Origin: Candidatus Omnitrophota bacterium | Lineage (GTDB): Bacteria; Omnitrophota; Gorgyraeia; 1-14-0-20-64-10 | DNA length: 64,000 nt | Assembly (NCBI GenBank): GCA_023818695.1 | Contig: JAMWCF010000001.1 | Span: forward strand, 531,306 to 595,305 | Reading direction: 5' to 3' | Shown: positions 54,975-63,151 of the stretch, one piece after another | How the letters are laid out: every line of letters begins with the position of its first letter | Numbering within the stretch: the stretch's first letter is position 1 | Notes under the pieces: model-generated | What the model was told of the DNA's origin: nothing | What the model saw: the letters and a program-made list of their open reading frames with translations, nothing else | The model's database searches: none | Made by a program: the position numbers and the translations under genes

Positions 54975-56282
54975 CTATTCCGAAGGAGCATCCAGTTCCT
55001 CCTCCCATCCCAGGATAACGTAATCCCCCGTCAGAGGGAAATACGGGGGGATCATGTTCCTTAACCGTTCATCGTATCGGTAATCCTTCTTGTAGCCGGA
55101 CACGAACGTGCCGGTACTGGCATTGAACGACCCCACCGGTCCCCTTTTAGACTGGGTAATCCCTCCCACAAGAGTGAGAGTCCCTTTCGCAGGTCCTTGC
55201 CACCAGTTTTCCACCGTAAAAGAGGTGTTCAAAGCCATGACCGATGCATCGATCCGGATATTGTTGGGAGCGCTGGATGCCACCACGACGTTGCCGCCGG
55301 CCAGAATCCCCAAAAGATCCTGCGAGTCCGGGTCCACCTGGGGATCATCCGAATAGACGACCGAGTTGGTGATTCGGATATTCTGATTCGTCGCCACCGT
55401 CAATTGGCCTTGCAGGGTCCCCGAAAGATTGACGTTCCCGTTCTGTACGTAGAGAACTCCATTATCGGGCAGGGACACGACGGCGTTGCTAAGGCCAGCG
55501 TTGGTGTTGGTCACCCTCATCGTCCCATCCGACACCAGCGTAACGGTGGTATCACCGGTGAAAACCATCCCCGCCGTGTTGGCCGCATTGATGAGGGTTG
55601 TGGGGATCGATGTCGGATACGGTTTGACGTCCGATCCGAGCTCATAACCCTGGTTGAAATGCGGGTTGTTGCCGCCGGCTGGAGGGGGGTTGTAATAGTT
55701 GATCGAACTGGAAACACTGCTGACAAACCCGTCAAATGTCGGCGACCCCCACATGCTGAACTGGCCGTTGGTATGAGCGGGACCCGTGATATGGTCCCAG
55801 CTCGTGAACCAGACAATCTGATTAGAGCTGGAAATCTCGTTGTTTGTGAAGTAGGCGTATCGTGCGAAACTTTCCACCTGTACGAGCATGGTGGTCCGGC
55901 GGGCGGCACTTCCGTCATCCATGACCCCCCAGCCCTGGATCGCGTAGCGCTTGACGTAGTCCAGCGGATTGCCGTCATCCGGATCAACGACGACAAGGTA
56001 CTCCCCCAGTCCCATCTCCTGCCACCCGCCGTCCAAAACAAGCGCTTCTGTTCCTCCCGGCGGCCCTCCCTGGTCCTGCAGCCAGCGGTATCCGCTGTCG
56101 ACGGCCGACTCGGCCAGGTAAAAAGCCTGCGTCCCCATCTGCGATCTGTGCGTCGCCCGCACCTCCGTCAGGGAAAAGACGATCAAAGACCCTCCTAAAA
56201 TGAACAAAACCGGGGTGAGAATCGAGAGGGTTAACAGTGTGAATCCCCGTTCTTTCGTCCACCTGCCGTAAACGGTGTTCAT
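54975..56282 (-). CDS. PilX_N/GspK-like large non-E5 pilus protein, copy 2
   Basis: ATG 56282 with SD GGAGG 7 nt upstream. KERG|FTLLTLSILTPVLFILGGSL, QAFYLAESAVDSG. Collinear with copy 1 over the full length. Confidence 0.8.
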   Translation of the reverse strand: MNTVYGRWTKERGFTLLTLSILTPVLFILGGSLIVFSLTEVRATHRSQMGTQAFYLAESAVDSGYRWLQDQGGPPGGTEALVLDGGWQEMGLGEYLVVVDPDDGNPLDYVKRYAIQGWGVMDDGSAARRTTMLVQVESFARYAYFTNNEISSSNQIVWFTSWDHITGPAHTNGQFSMWGSPTFDGFVSSVSSSINYYNPPPAGGNNPHFNQGYELGSDVKPYPTSIPTTLINAANTAGMVFTGDTTVTLVSDGTMRVTNTNAGLSNAVVSLPDNGVLYVQNGNVNLSGTLQGQLTVATNQNIRITNSVVYSDDPQVDPDSQDLLGILAGGNVVVASSAPNNIRIDASVMALNTSFTVENWWQGPAKGTLTLVGGITQSKRGPVGSFNASTGTFVSGYKKDYRYDERLRNMIPPYFPLTGDYVILGWEEELDAPSE

Positions 56283-56325
56283 TCCGCACCTCCCCCCTGT
56301 CTGGTCGACATGCTCATCCGGCCCC

Positions 56326-56862
56326 TCAATTTCTCAAACGAACCCTCGTGCTCATCTCGCCGGTATTCGGAAAATCCTGCGTATCCGTCGCCTTTTGGAC
56401 TGACAACCGGATTTCAATCACGCTGGTATTGGTCGAGTCCCTGCGAAATTCAAGCTCCTGCACCCCGTTGGCCAAAACCCGCTGCTCGCCATCCTGCTCC
56501 CGGATGGCCTGCTGGCCGTCCAATGAGTAGACAATCTCATCGGACCACTCCACCGCACCGTTGGAATCCAGAATGGAACCGTCCTCATCCAGGTCCTCTG
56601 GCACGGCGAAGGCAATGCTCGGATACCAGATGTCATCCGCCGGAATGTCGACTTGGTCGGCCCTGCTGGAAACCAATTCCCTCACCATGGCATCCAAACC
56701 CCGGCGCAACTCACCGGAAACGGCCATATGAGACTGCGCTACCTCCCAGGACTGCTGATTCATTCGGAGAATAGAGATAAAGACGGTCGACATAACGGCC
56801 ATGATCGACATGACCACCATCAGCTCTATCAAAGTGAATCCTCTTTTTTTCGAATCAACCAT
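56326..56862 (-). CDS. minor pilin (GspJ/PilW-like), prepilin-type N-terminus
   Basis: SKKRG|FTLIELMVVMSIMAVMSTVFISIL with Glu at +5. 178 aa. Confidence 0.8.
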   Translation of the reverse strand: MVDSKKRGFTLIELMVVMSIMAVMSTVFISILRMNQQSWEVAQSHMAVSGELRRGLDAMVRELVSSRADQVDIPADDIWYPSIAFAVPEDLDEDGSILDSNGAVEWSDEIVYSLDGQQAIREQDGEQRVLANGVQELEFRRDSTNTSVIEIRLSVQKATDTQDFPNTGEMSTRVRLRN

Positions 56863-56868
56863 CCGATT

Positions 56869-57327
56869 TTACCTCTGCGTCATGAGCGTGTTCAGGACCG
56901 CCGAACGGGTCCTGCCTCTCTCCGTCCAGTTCACCTGAATCGATATTTCCAGAGGATCGTCCTCCTCGTCCGCGTAAGTGACGGTGATCTCCTCATCCTG
57001 CAGACTGGTCAGACCGTTGTCCTGCGCCCACTCCATCCAGTCCACGGCCGTCACCGAAGCCAGCCCGGAGACAGATCGGTCTCTCATGGCTTCCAGGACG
57101 CTTCGCGCGTCTGCCATCGCTTGGGTGGTGTTTCGGTTCGACTCGCGGAGGGTAGCGATACTCACATAGACGGCCATCAAAACCACCACAGAGGTGGCGA
57201 AAATCCCTAAGGCGACAACGATCTCCACCAGCGTAAAACCGGTGCGGGACGTGTGTCCATTACAGCCACGGTCCCTCCCTCTCCTGCCGATTCCTGAAAG
57301 CTGCCTCCCCTTCATCATGACTGCCAT
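56869..57327 (-). CDS. minor pilin (GspI/PilV-like), prepilin-type N-terminus
   Basis: SRTG|FTLVEIVVALGIFATSVVVLMAVY. The start is uncertain (ATG 57327, 57318 or 57315; SD GGAGG at 57336..57332). The track start at 57363 lies inside the upstream terminator hairpin. Confidence 0.75.
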   Translation of the reverse strand: MAVMMKGRQLSGIGRRGRDRGCNGHTSRTGFTLVEIVVALGIFATSVVVLMAVYVSIATLRESNRNTTQAMADARSVLEAMRDRSVSGLASVTAVDWMEWAQDNGLTSLQDEEITVTYADEEDDPLEISIQVNWTERGRTRSAVLNTLMTQR

Positions 57328-57352
57328 CGCCTCCGTAGTCTCTTTCCTTCGC

Positions 57353-57393
57353 TTAAAACACACAGGGGCGGCGACCTCTCGTCACCGCCCCTG
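57353..57393 (-). terminator. strong intrinsic terminator/attenuator directly after the major pilin gene
   Basis: Minus-strand RNA CAGGGGCGGUGAC-gagag-GUCGCCGCCCCUG (13 bp including one G.U that would be a C.A mismatch on the plus strand), then UGUGUUUUAAG. It lies 33 nt after the pilin stop. Confidence 0.65.
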
Positions 57394-57425
57394 CATGTTG
57401 GGCGTACTCGCCTCTCCGCAAACGA

Positions 57426-57866
57426 TTACTCGATCGGAGTCCCCGTGTCATCATCGCCGACACGAATCACACCTGTCTGATCAACGAAGAAATGCCGGGT
57501 TCCGGTGACGCCGTCAACCGTCGGTGTGGCAAGCAAGGTGTATTCGTTATCGCTCACCTGGGTGAAGGCAAAATCATACCCCTGCTGCGAGCCATCGGTG
57601 AGTTCGTCCGGAACATACTGCGGGTCGGCGCTGCTCAATTCATCCAGGTCGGCCGGATAAGCCGGAGGGGTCTGATTGGCCCGGAACGACTCGAGCGCAG
57701 CCACCAGCGTTCTGACATTCCCGATCGCCGAGGTCTCATTGGCATTGTGCCGAGCCCGCAGCAGGTTCGGGATGGCAATCGCCGCGATCAAGGCAATGAT
57801 CGCCACGACGATCATGATTTCAACAAGCGTGAAACCTTTTGATTTCTTACGATTGAAATGAATCAT
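57426..57866 (-). CDS. pilA: major type IV pilin / GspG-like pseudopilin
   Basis: MIHFNRKKSKG|FTLVEIMIVVAIIALIAAIAIPNLLRARHNANETSAIGNVRTL. ATG 57866 lies 9 nt after GGGAGG. Own promoter and terminator. First pilin gene after pilC. Confidence 0.88.
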   Translation of the reverse strand: MIHFNRKKSKGFTLVEIMIVVAIIALIAAIAIPNLLRARHNANETSAIGNVRTLVAALESFRANQTPPAYPADLDELSSADPQYVPDELTDGSQQGYDFAFTQVSDNEYTLLATPTVDGVTGTRHFFVDQTGVIRVGDDDTGTPIE

Positions 57867-57946
57867 TTTTAGCATCCTCCCATTTTCGAAATTTACACAA
57901 CTTATTATTCCAAAATTACTTACGCAGTCTAACCCTCTACCGTTGA

Positions 57947-57976
57947 AGTATACTCGAGCGGCACTAAAAAATTCAA
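57947..57976 (-). promoter_or_regulatory. candidate sigma70-type promoter of the major pilin in an AT-rich spacer
   Basis: Minus strand TTGAAT (57976..57971), 18-nt spacer, TATACT (57952..57947). The 133-nt pilC-pilA spacer is the most AT-rich stretch in the window. Confidence 0.45.
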
Positions 57977-58008
57977 GTTTGTTAATTGACGAAATTTTAG
58001 TAAATAAA

Positions 58009-59211
58009 CTAGCTCAGAGCCTGTGTTAACTTGAATATTGGCAAGAAGATAGAGATCACAATACCTCCGATCACAACGCCCAAGACGGCAATTATAACCG
58101 GCTCGATGGCGCTGGTCAGACCGGCGATAGCCGTTTCAGACTGCTCTTCGTAAAACTCGGCCACTTTGGTCAGCATGTCATCCAGGCGGCCGGTCTGCTC
58201 GCCGATAGCGATCATTCGAACAACAAGGGGCGGAAACACCTTACCGGCGGCCAGGGGAGCGGCGATGTTCTCCCCTTCCTTAATGGAGGCCCTGACCTGC
58301 AGCACCGCCAGTTCAAGCACCCGGTTGCCGGAGGTCTCCGCCACGATCTCCAGCCCGGAGAGGATCGGAACACCGCTTTTGATCAGCGTCGAAAGGGTCC
58401 TGGCGAATTTCGCAATGGCAATCTTCCGCGCGATTGGCCCCACCACCGCCATGTTCAGGAGCGTCCGGTGGCACCAGAGCCGCGACTTTGGATTCTTCAT
58501 GATGACCTGCTTGAAGAAGACGGGGCCGACGAAGCACAGCACGATGCCCGGCAGAACCAGCCACTGGATGGCATCGCTGGTCGCCATGAGGATCTTTGTG
58601 GACAGGGGCAGTTCGATGTCCAGTTGATTGAACATGTCCTTAAAAACGGGAATCACCTTGATCATCAGGAAAGTGGTGATCAAGACCGCCATACTGATGA
58701 CGATCGCCGGGTAGATGCAGGCGGTTCTGACCTTGCGTTGCAGGGCAGCGCTCTTCTCGAGATAGGTCGCCAGACGACTCAAGACCTCCGCCAAATGCCC
58801 ACTGGCCTCTCCAGCCCTGACCATGCTGATGAAGAGAGGCGAAAAGGTGCTGCTCTGCTTGGCGATCGCAGTGGTCAGGTTCATCCCCCCCTCCACCGCT
58901 TCATAGACCTTGGTGACGACCTCGCGCAGGGTCGGATTTTCGAGCTGGTCCGCCACCGCTTCCAATCCGCTGACAATCGGAATGCCGGCATCCACGAGGG
59001 TCGCCATCTGCCGGGCGAAAACAGCCAGGTCATCCAGCTTCACTTTTTTGGTGAACAGCGGTTTGGAGGCCGCCTTTTTGGAAACCACCTGAAGGACGAT
59101 CAAACCCTGGCGATGCAACCGCTCCAAAGCGGCGGACCGCGAGGGCGCTTCAATCGCCCCCTTGACGGTTCGCCCGTCCTCCATCTTGGCGGTGTAGGTG
59201 AAAGCCGGCAT
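58009..59211 (-). CDS. pilC: type IV pilus platform protein PilC (T2SS F family)
   Basis: 400 aa with two T2SSF repeats (FARQMATLVDAGIPIVSGLEAV; FARTLSTLIKSGVPILSGLEIV) and three predicted TM segments. Confidence 0.92.
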   Translation of the reverse strand: MPAFTYTAKMEDGRTVKGAIEAPSRSAALERLHRQGLIVLQVVSKKAASKPLFTKKVKLDDLAVFARQMATLVDAGIPIVSGLEAVADQLENPTLREVVTKVYEAVEGGMNLTTAIAKQSSTFSPLFISMVRAGEASGHLAEVLSRLATYLEKSAALQRKVRTACIYPAIVISMAVLITTFLMIKVIPVFKDMFNQLDIELPLSTKILMATSDAIQWLVLPGIVLCFVGPVFFKQVIMKNPKSRLWCHRTLLNMAVVGPIARKIAIAKFARTLSTLIKSGVPILSGLEIVAETSGNRVLELAVLQVRASIKEGENIAAPLAAGKVFPPLVVRMIAIGEQTGRLDDMLTKVAEFYEEQSETAIAGLTSAIEPVIIAVLGVVIGGIVISIFLPIFKLTQALS

Positions 59212-59216
59212 TGGTC

Positions 59217-60953
59217 CTATCCCTCCATTTCGTCTTCGCTGGTAACCCGCTGCAGTTCGTCCACGCTGGTCCGGCCCTGCAAAAGATGAACGATCCCCTC
59301 CTGCCGCAGCGTCCGCATCCCGCTGGAGACGGCGTATGCCTTGATCTCATCGGACGACTTTCGGGCGATGATCATCTCCCGGATCCGGTCGTCAACCAGC
59401 ATCGCTTCCAGGATGGCGAACCGCCCCCGGTAGCCAGTCTTCCTGCAGTAGGCGCAGCCCTTGCCTTTGTAAACCTCCTGCCCTTTCTCCAGCACAATTC
59501 CCAGCGACTTCAAGCGGCTCGGAGCGGCTTCGTCCGGAACCTTGCAGCGGGGACAGATCTGCCTGCACAAACGCTGGGCGGCCACAAAAATCAGACTGGA
59601 GGCCAGAAGGAAAGGATCCACCCCCATATCGATCAGGCGGGTGATCGAGCTGGGGGCGTCGTTGGTGTGCAGGGTGGACAAAACAATCTGGCCGGTCAAG
59701 GAGGCCTTGATGGCAATATCGGCCGTCTCGCCGTCGCGAATCTCGCCCACCAGCACCACATCCGGCGCCTGCCGCAGGAAGGACCGCAGTGCAGATGGGA
59801 AAGTCAGACCGATCTGCGGATGAACCTGCACCTGGGTGATCCCCTCTACCTGGTATTCCACGGGGTCTTCGATCGTCAGGATGTTCCGCCCCGGGTCGTT
59901 CATCTGGGCCAAAACGGAATAGAGGGTGGTCGATTTGCCGCTGCCGGTCGGGCCGGTGATCAGAATCATGCCGTAGGGCCGGCCGATCGCCTTCTCAAAG
60001 GCCGCCCTCGATTCCGGCAGAAGGCCCAGCTTCTCCAGGCCGACCGACAGGTTGCTTTTGTCCAGGACGCGCATCACGATCTTGTTCCCGAAAGAGATCG
60101 GCAACACCGAAACGCGGAAATCGACCTCCCGGTTCTCGGACCGGACCTTGAACCGTCCGTCCTGCGGGAGCCGGTTCTCCGTAATGTCCAGCTTCGAGAG
60201 GATCTTCAACCGGGTGGTCAGGGCGTTCTGGTGCCTCTTCGGGAGGTGAAAAGCGTCGATCAGTCCCCCGTCGACCCGGTACCGGACTCGGACCTCCTGT
60301 TCGTACGGCTCTATATGGATGTCGCTGGCCCTGGCCTTGAGCGCCTCCACGATCATCATGTCAACCACCTTGACGATGGGGGCTTTCTGCCCTGCCATCC
60401 CGAAAGCGGTCAGATCCACCACATCCTCGTCCCCCGACTCCTTTCCTCCTATTTCCAGACCCGCCTCTTCCATCAAATCGGTCTGCGACTCGGCCGAGAT
60501 CGCCTCCAGGGAGGATTCCGGATGGTACAGCTTCTGAATCGCCTGCTCCACATCCCGCTCCGTGGCGATCACCGGGCTGATCTCCAGCAAGGTGGTCATC
60601 GCCAAATCATCCAGCGCCAGGACATTCAACGGATCCGCCATGGCGACGGAAAGACGGTTGCCGATCCTGGAGACCGGGACAACCCTGTGTTGGCGGGCCA
60701 TTCGCTCCGGCACGATCTGTGCCAGCGCCGGATCAATCTCATAGCGGGCCAGACTGATCGGCGGCATCTGCAGCCCCTGGGCCAGAGTGGACAGAAGCTC
60801 CTGCTGGCTGACAACCCCCTCATCCACCAGGAGCTGACCCAAACTTTTCTCCTTCGCCCTGGGAGACTGCAAAATCTCCTCCAGCTTTGAACGGTCCAAC
60901 TTTTTCTGGCTCACCAGCAGGTCAATCACCCTCTTCCTCAACGATTCAGCCAT
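59217..60953 (-). CDS. pilB: type IV pilus assembly ATPase PilB (GspE family) with T2SSE_N domain
   Basis: N-terminal T2SSE_N (SLGQLLVDEGVVSQQELLSTLAQ...IGNRLSVAMADPLNVLALDDL). Walker A ITGPTGSGKSTTL, Asp box ILTIEDPVEY, Walker B VVLVGEIRD, His box GQIVLSTLHTND, and tetracysteine CPRC...CAYC. Confidence 0.93.
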   Translation of the reverse strand: MAESLRKRVIDLLVSQKKLDRSKLEEILQSPRAKEKSLGQLLVDEGVVSQQELLSTLAQGLQMPPISLARYEIDPALAQIVPERMARQHRVVPVSRIGNRLSVAMADPLNVLALDDLAMTTLLEISPVIATERDVEQAIQKLYHPESSLEAISAESQTDLMEEAGLEIGGKESGDEDVVDLTAFGMAGQKAPIVKVVDMMIVEALKARASDIHIEPYEQEVRVRYRVDGGLIDAFHLPKRHQNALTTRLKILSKLDITENRLPQDGRFKVRSENREVDFRVSVLPISFGNKIVMRVLDKSNLSVGLEKLGLLPESRAAFEKAIGRPYGMILITGPTGSGKSTTLYSVLAQMNDPGRNILTIEDPVEYQVEGITQVQVHPQIGLTFPSALRSFLRQAPDVVLVGEIRDGETADIAIKASLTGQIVLSTLHTNDAPSSITRLIDMGVDPFLLASSLIFVAAQRLCRQICPRCKVPDEAAPSRLKSLGIVLEKGQEVYKGKGCAYCRKTGYRGRFAILEAMLVDDRIREMIIARKSSDEIKAYAVSSGMRTLRQEGIVHLLQGRTSVDELQRVTSEDEMEG

Positions 60954-60957
60954 GGCC

Positions 60958-62706
60958 CTACTCCTGAAATCCGACGGTGGTCCGGGCCACCTCTTCCAAC
61001 GGGATGATGCCGTTGACCGCTTTCGCCAACGCGTGGTCCCGCAGGGACTGAAACCCGGCGGCCCTGGCCGCCTCCTGAAGCTTCACCGAAGAGGCCCCCT
61101 GGTAGACGAGGCGCCGAAGGGTTGGCGTAATCGGGACCGCCTCCAGAAGCCCCACTCGGCCGGCCAAACCGGTCCCCCGGCATTCGCCGCATCCCTTTCC
61201 TTTCATGTACTCTCCTTTCGGAGGCAGGTTCATCTGCTGAATCAGCTCCTTGGAGGGATGAAACGACTGTTTGCACTTGGGACAGACTCTCCTCGGCAAA
61301 CGCTGCGCCCCCACCAGCAACACGCAGGTGGCGATCAGGTACGGCTCAATTCCCATGTTGGCCAGCCGGGCCACCGCCCCGATGGCGTCGTTCGTATGAA
61401 GGGTGGAAAGGACCAGGTGGCCGGTCAGAGCGGCTTTCACGGCGATATCGGCCGTCTCCTCATCCCGGATCTCCCCGACCATGATCACGTTCGGATCCTG
61501 ACGGAGGATCGCGCGCAGGGCGGAGGCAAAGGTAAGCCCGATTTCGGAACGGATGGCGACCTGATTGATGCCGGGCAAATCGTATTCGACCGGGTCCTCA
61601 ACCGTCACGAGATTTTTGTCCGGCTTGTCCACAAGGGAGAGAAGCCCGTAAAGGGTGGTGGTCTTCCCGGAACCGGTCGGCCCGGTGATCAAGATCATCC
61701 CGTGCGGATGCATGGCCGCCTCTTTGAGCCGCCGCAGCGGTTCCTCGTCGAATCCCAGCTTATCGAGATCAAGGCGAATCTGGCTCTTATCCAGGATGCG
61801 CAGGCAGACCTTCTCGCCGTAATAGGTCGGAACCACAGAAACGCGAAAATCGACGTCCCTTTTCCCCACGGAGAATTTGATCCGGCCGTCCTGCGGCAGG
61901 CGGTGCTCGGCGATGTTCAGGTTGGACATCACTTTCATCCTAGAGACGACACCGGCGTGCATGGCCGGCGGCAGAGACTGCCCCTCCCGAAAGATGCCGT
62001 CTACCCGGTAGCGGATCCGCAGGCGTTTCTCGAACGGTTCCACCAGGATGTCGCTGGCCTTCAGGTTCACCCCCTCCGTCAGGATGGCGTTCGTCAGCCG
62101 GACGACGGGGCCCTCTTGGGTCAGACGGATCAGGTCCTCCACGGCACCCGCCTGGGCCTCCTGGATTTCGCTCAAAACCTCCAAAGAGCCAGCGGATTCC
62201 TGCTGAAGCTCTTGGAGAGTATCGGCCATCGCCCCTCCGTAAAGCCGGTTCAAGGCGTCGTTGATCTCTTCCTGCGTCGTGATCAAAGGGGTCAACAACA
62301 TGCCGGTCGCCTGGCTCAAATGGTCCAGCGCCAGAACATTCATGGGGTCCGCCATCGCCACCGTCAACTGCTTGCCCATCATGGAAACCGGGACGATCTG
62401 GTAATGGAAAGCGAGTTTCCTGGAGATCATATTGGCCATGGCGGGATCCAGTTCCATCTTGGACAAACTGATGATGGGTATGCGCAGCGTCCGGCTCAAG
62501 GTGCCCGCCAAGAGCTTGGCGTCGATGAAGCCCGTCTGGATCAACACCTGGCTCAAGGACCCCCCCTGCTGCCGCTGAAGGGCGATGGCTTTGTCGAGAT
62601 CCTCCTTCTTGAGGAGCCCCTCCTCTAGGAGGGTCGCCACCAGTCGGTCGCTGGTGCTTTGAGGGACGACAACTTTGTTCTCGTCATCAGATGGAGTTCG
62701 CGCCAT
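60958..62706 (-). CDS. second PilB/GspE-family ATPase with T2SSE_N domain
   Basis: SLSQVLIQTGFIDAKLLAGTL...MGKQLTVAMADPMNVLALDHL, ITGPTGSGKTTTL, LVTVEDPVEY, VIMVGEIRD, GHLVLSTLHTND, CPKC...CGEC. The start is ATG 62706 or ATG 62733; both overlap the upstream gene. Confidence 0.9.
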   Translation of the reverse strand: MARTPSDDENKVVVPQSTSDRLVATLLEEGLLKKEDLDKAIALQRQQGGSLSQVLIQTGFIDAKLLAGTLSRTLRIPIISLSKMELDPAMANMISRKLAFHYQIVPVSMMGKQLTVAMADPMNVLALDHLSQATGMLLTPLITTQEEINDALNRLYGGAMADTLQELQQESAGSLEVLSEIQEAQAGAVEDLIRLTQEGPVVRLTNAILTEGVNLKASDILVEPFEKRLRIRYRVDGIFREGQSLPPAMHAGVVSRMKVMSNLNIAEHRLPQDGRIKFSVGKRDVDFRVSVVPTYYGEKVCLRILDKSQIRLDLDKLGFDEEPLRRLKEAAMHPHGMILITGPTGSGKTTTLYGLLSLVDKPDKNLVTVEDPVEYDLPGINQVAIRSEIGLTFASALRAILRQDPNVIMVGEIRDEETADIAVKAALTGHLVLSTLHTNDAIGAVARLANMGIEPYLIATCVLLVGAQRLPRRVCPKCKQSFHPSKELIQQMNLPPKGEYMKGKGCGECRGTGLAGRVGLLEAVPITPTLRRLVYQGASSVKLQEAARAAGFQSLRDHALAKAVNGIIPLEEVARTTVGFQE

Positions 62707-63139
62707 AGCACCGCTCGATCGCCTCCACGACATCGCTCATCGTGGCCACAAAAACCTGCACGGAACACCGGCTCAACATCTCGATGTCTTCCACCGCCTT
62801 GGCGTTCAATGGATCCGCCATCGCCACCGTCAGGGTGTTGCCGATCTTATCCACGGGGATGAGACAGTACTGGCGAGCGACGTTTTCCGGGATCAGATGC
62901 AGAAGTTCGCCGTCAATCGCGTAATGCTTCAACGGCAGGTAAGGAAAACCGTACTGCGCGGTCAGGGCCTGCGCGACCGCCTCCTCTGTGGCGTACCCGA
63001 GATCGCAGAGGATCTGGCCCAACAGCCCCCCCTTCTCCTGCTGAACCTTGAAGGCGGCGCTCAACTGCTCCGGAGTGATCACCTTCCGCTCCACCAGCAG
63101 TTCCCCCAGTTTTTTTGCGATCATCCGCCGTAACGCCAC
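62687..63139 (-). CDS. stand-alone T2SSE_N / MshEN-like domain protein (150 aa)
   Basis: KKLGELLVERKVITPEQLSAAFKVQQEKGGLLGQILCDLGYATEEAVAQALTAQ, followed by IPVDKIGNTLTVAMADPLNAKAVEDI. This matches the N-terminal domain of the two ATPases but has no ATPase core. Confidence 0.8.
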   Translation of the reverse strand: MALRRMIAKKLGELLVERKVITPEQLSAAFKVQQEKGGLLGQILCDLGYATEEAVAQALTAQYGFPYLPLKHYAIDGELLHLIPENVARQYCLIPVDKIGNTLTVAMADPLNAKAVEDIEMLSRCSVQVFVATMSDVVEAIERCYGANSI

Positions 63140-63151
63140 GTTCTCACCCGT

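Larger units (their letters stand above)
53652..56282 (-). repeat. tandem duplication of a ~1.3-kb gene (diverged paralogs)
   Basis: The two products share long identical blocks: GPPGGTEALVL, ESFARYAY, HTNGQFSM, GSPTFDG, SINYYNP, DNGVLYV, LLGILAGGNV, GPAKGTLT, YDERLRNMIPPYFPLTG. Confidence 0.85.

Noticed and set aside
59211-62628. Two ~560-aa plus-strand ORFs (59211..60890 and 60952..62628) that mirror each other
   Set aside because: Both are antisense shadows of the two paralogous PilB-type ATPase genes. Their mutual similarity simply reflects the paralogy of the real genes on the minus strand.
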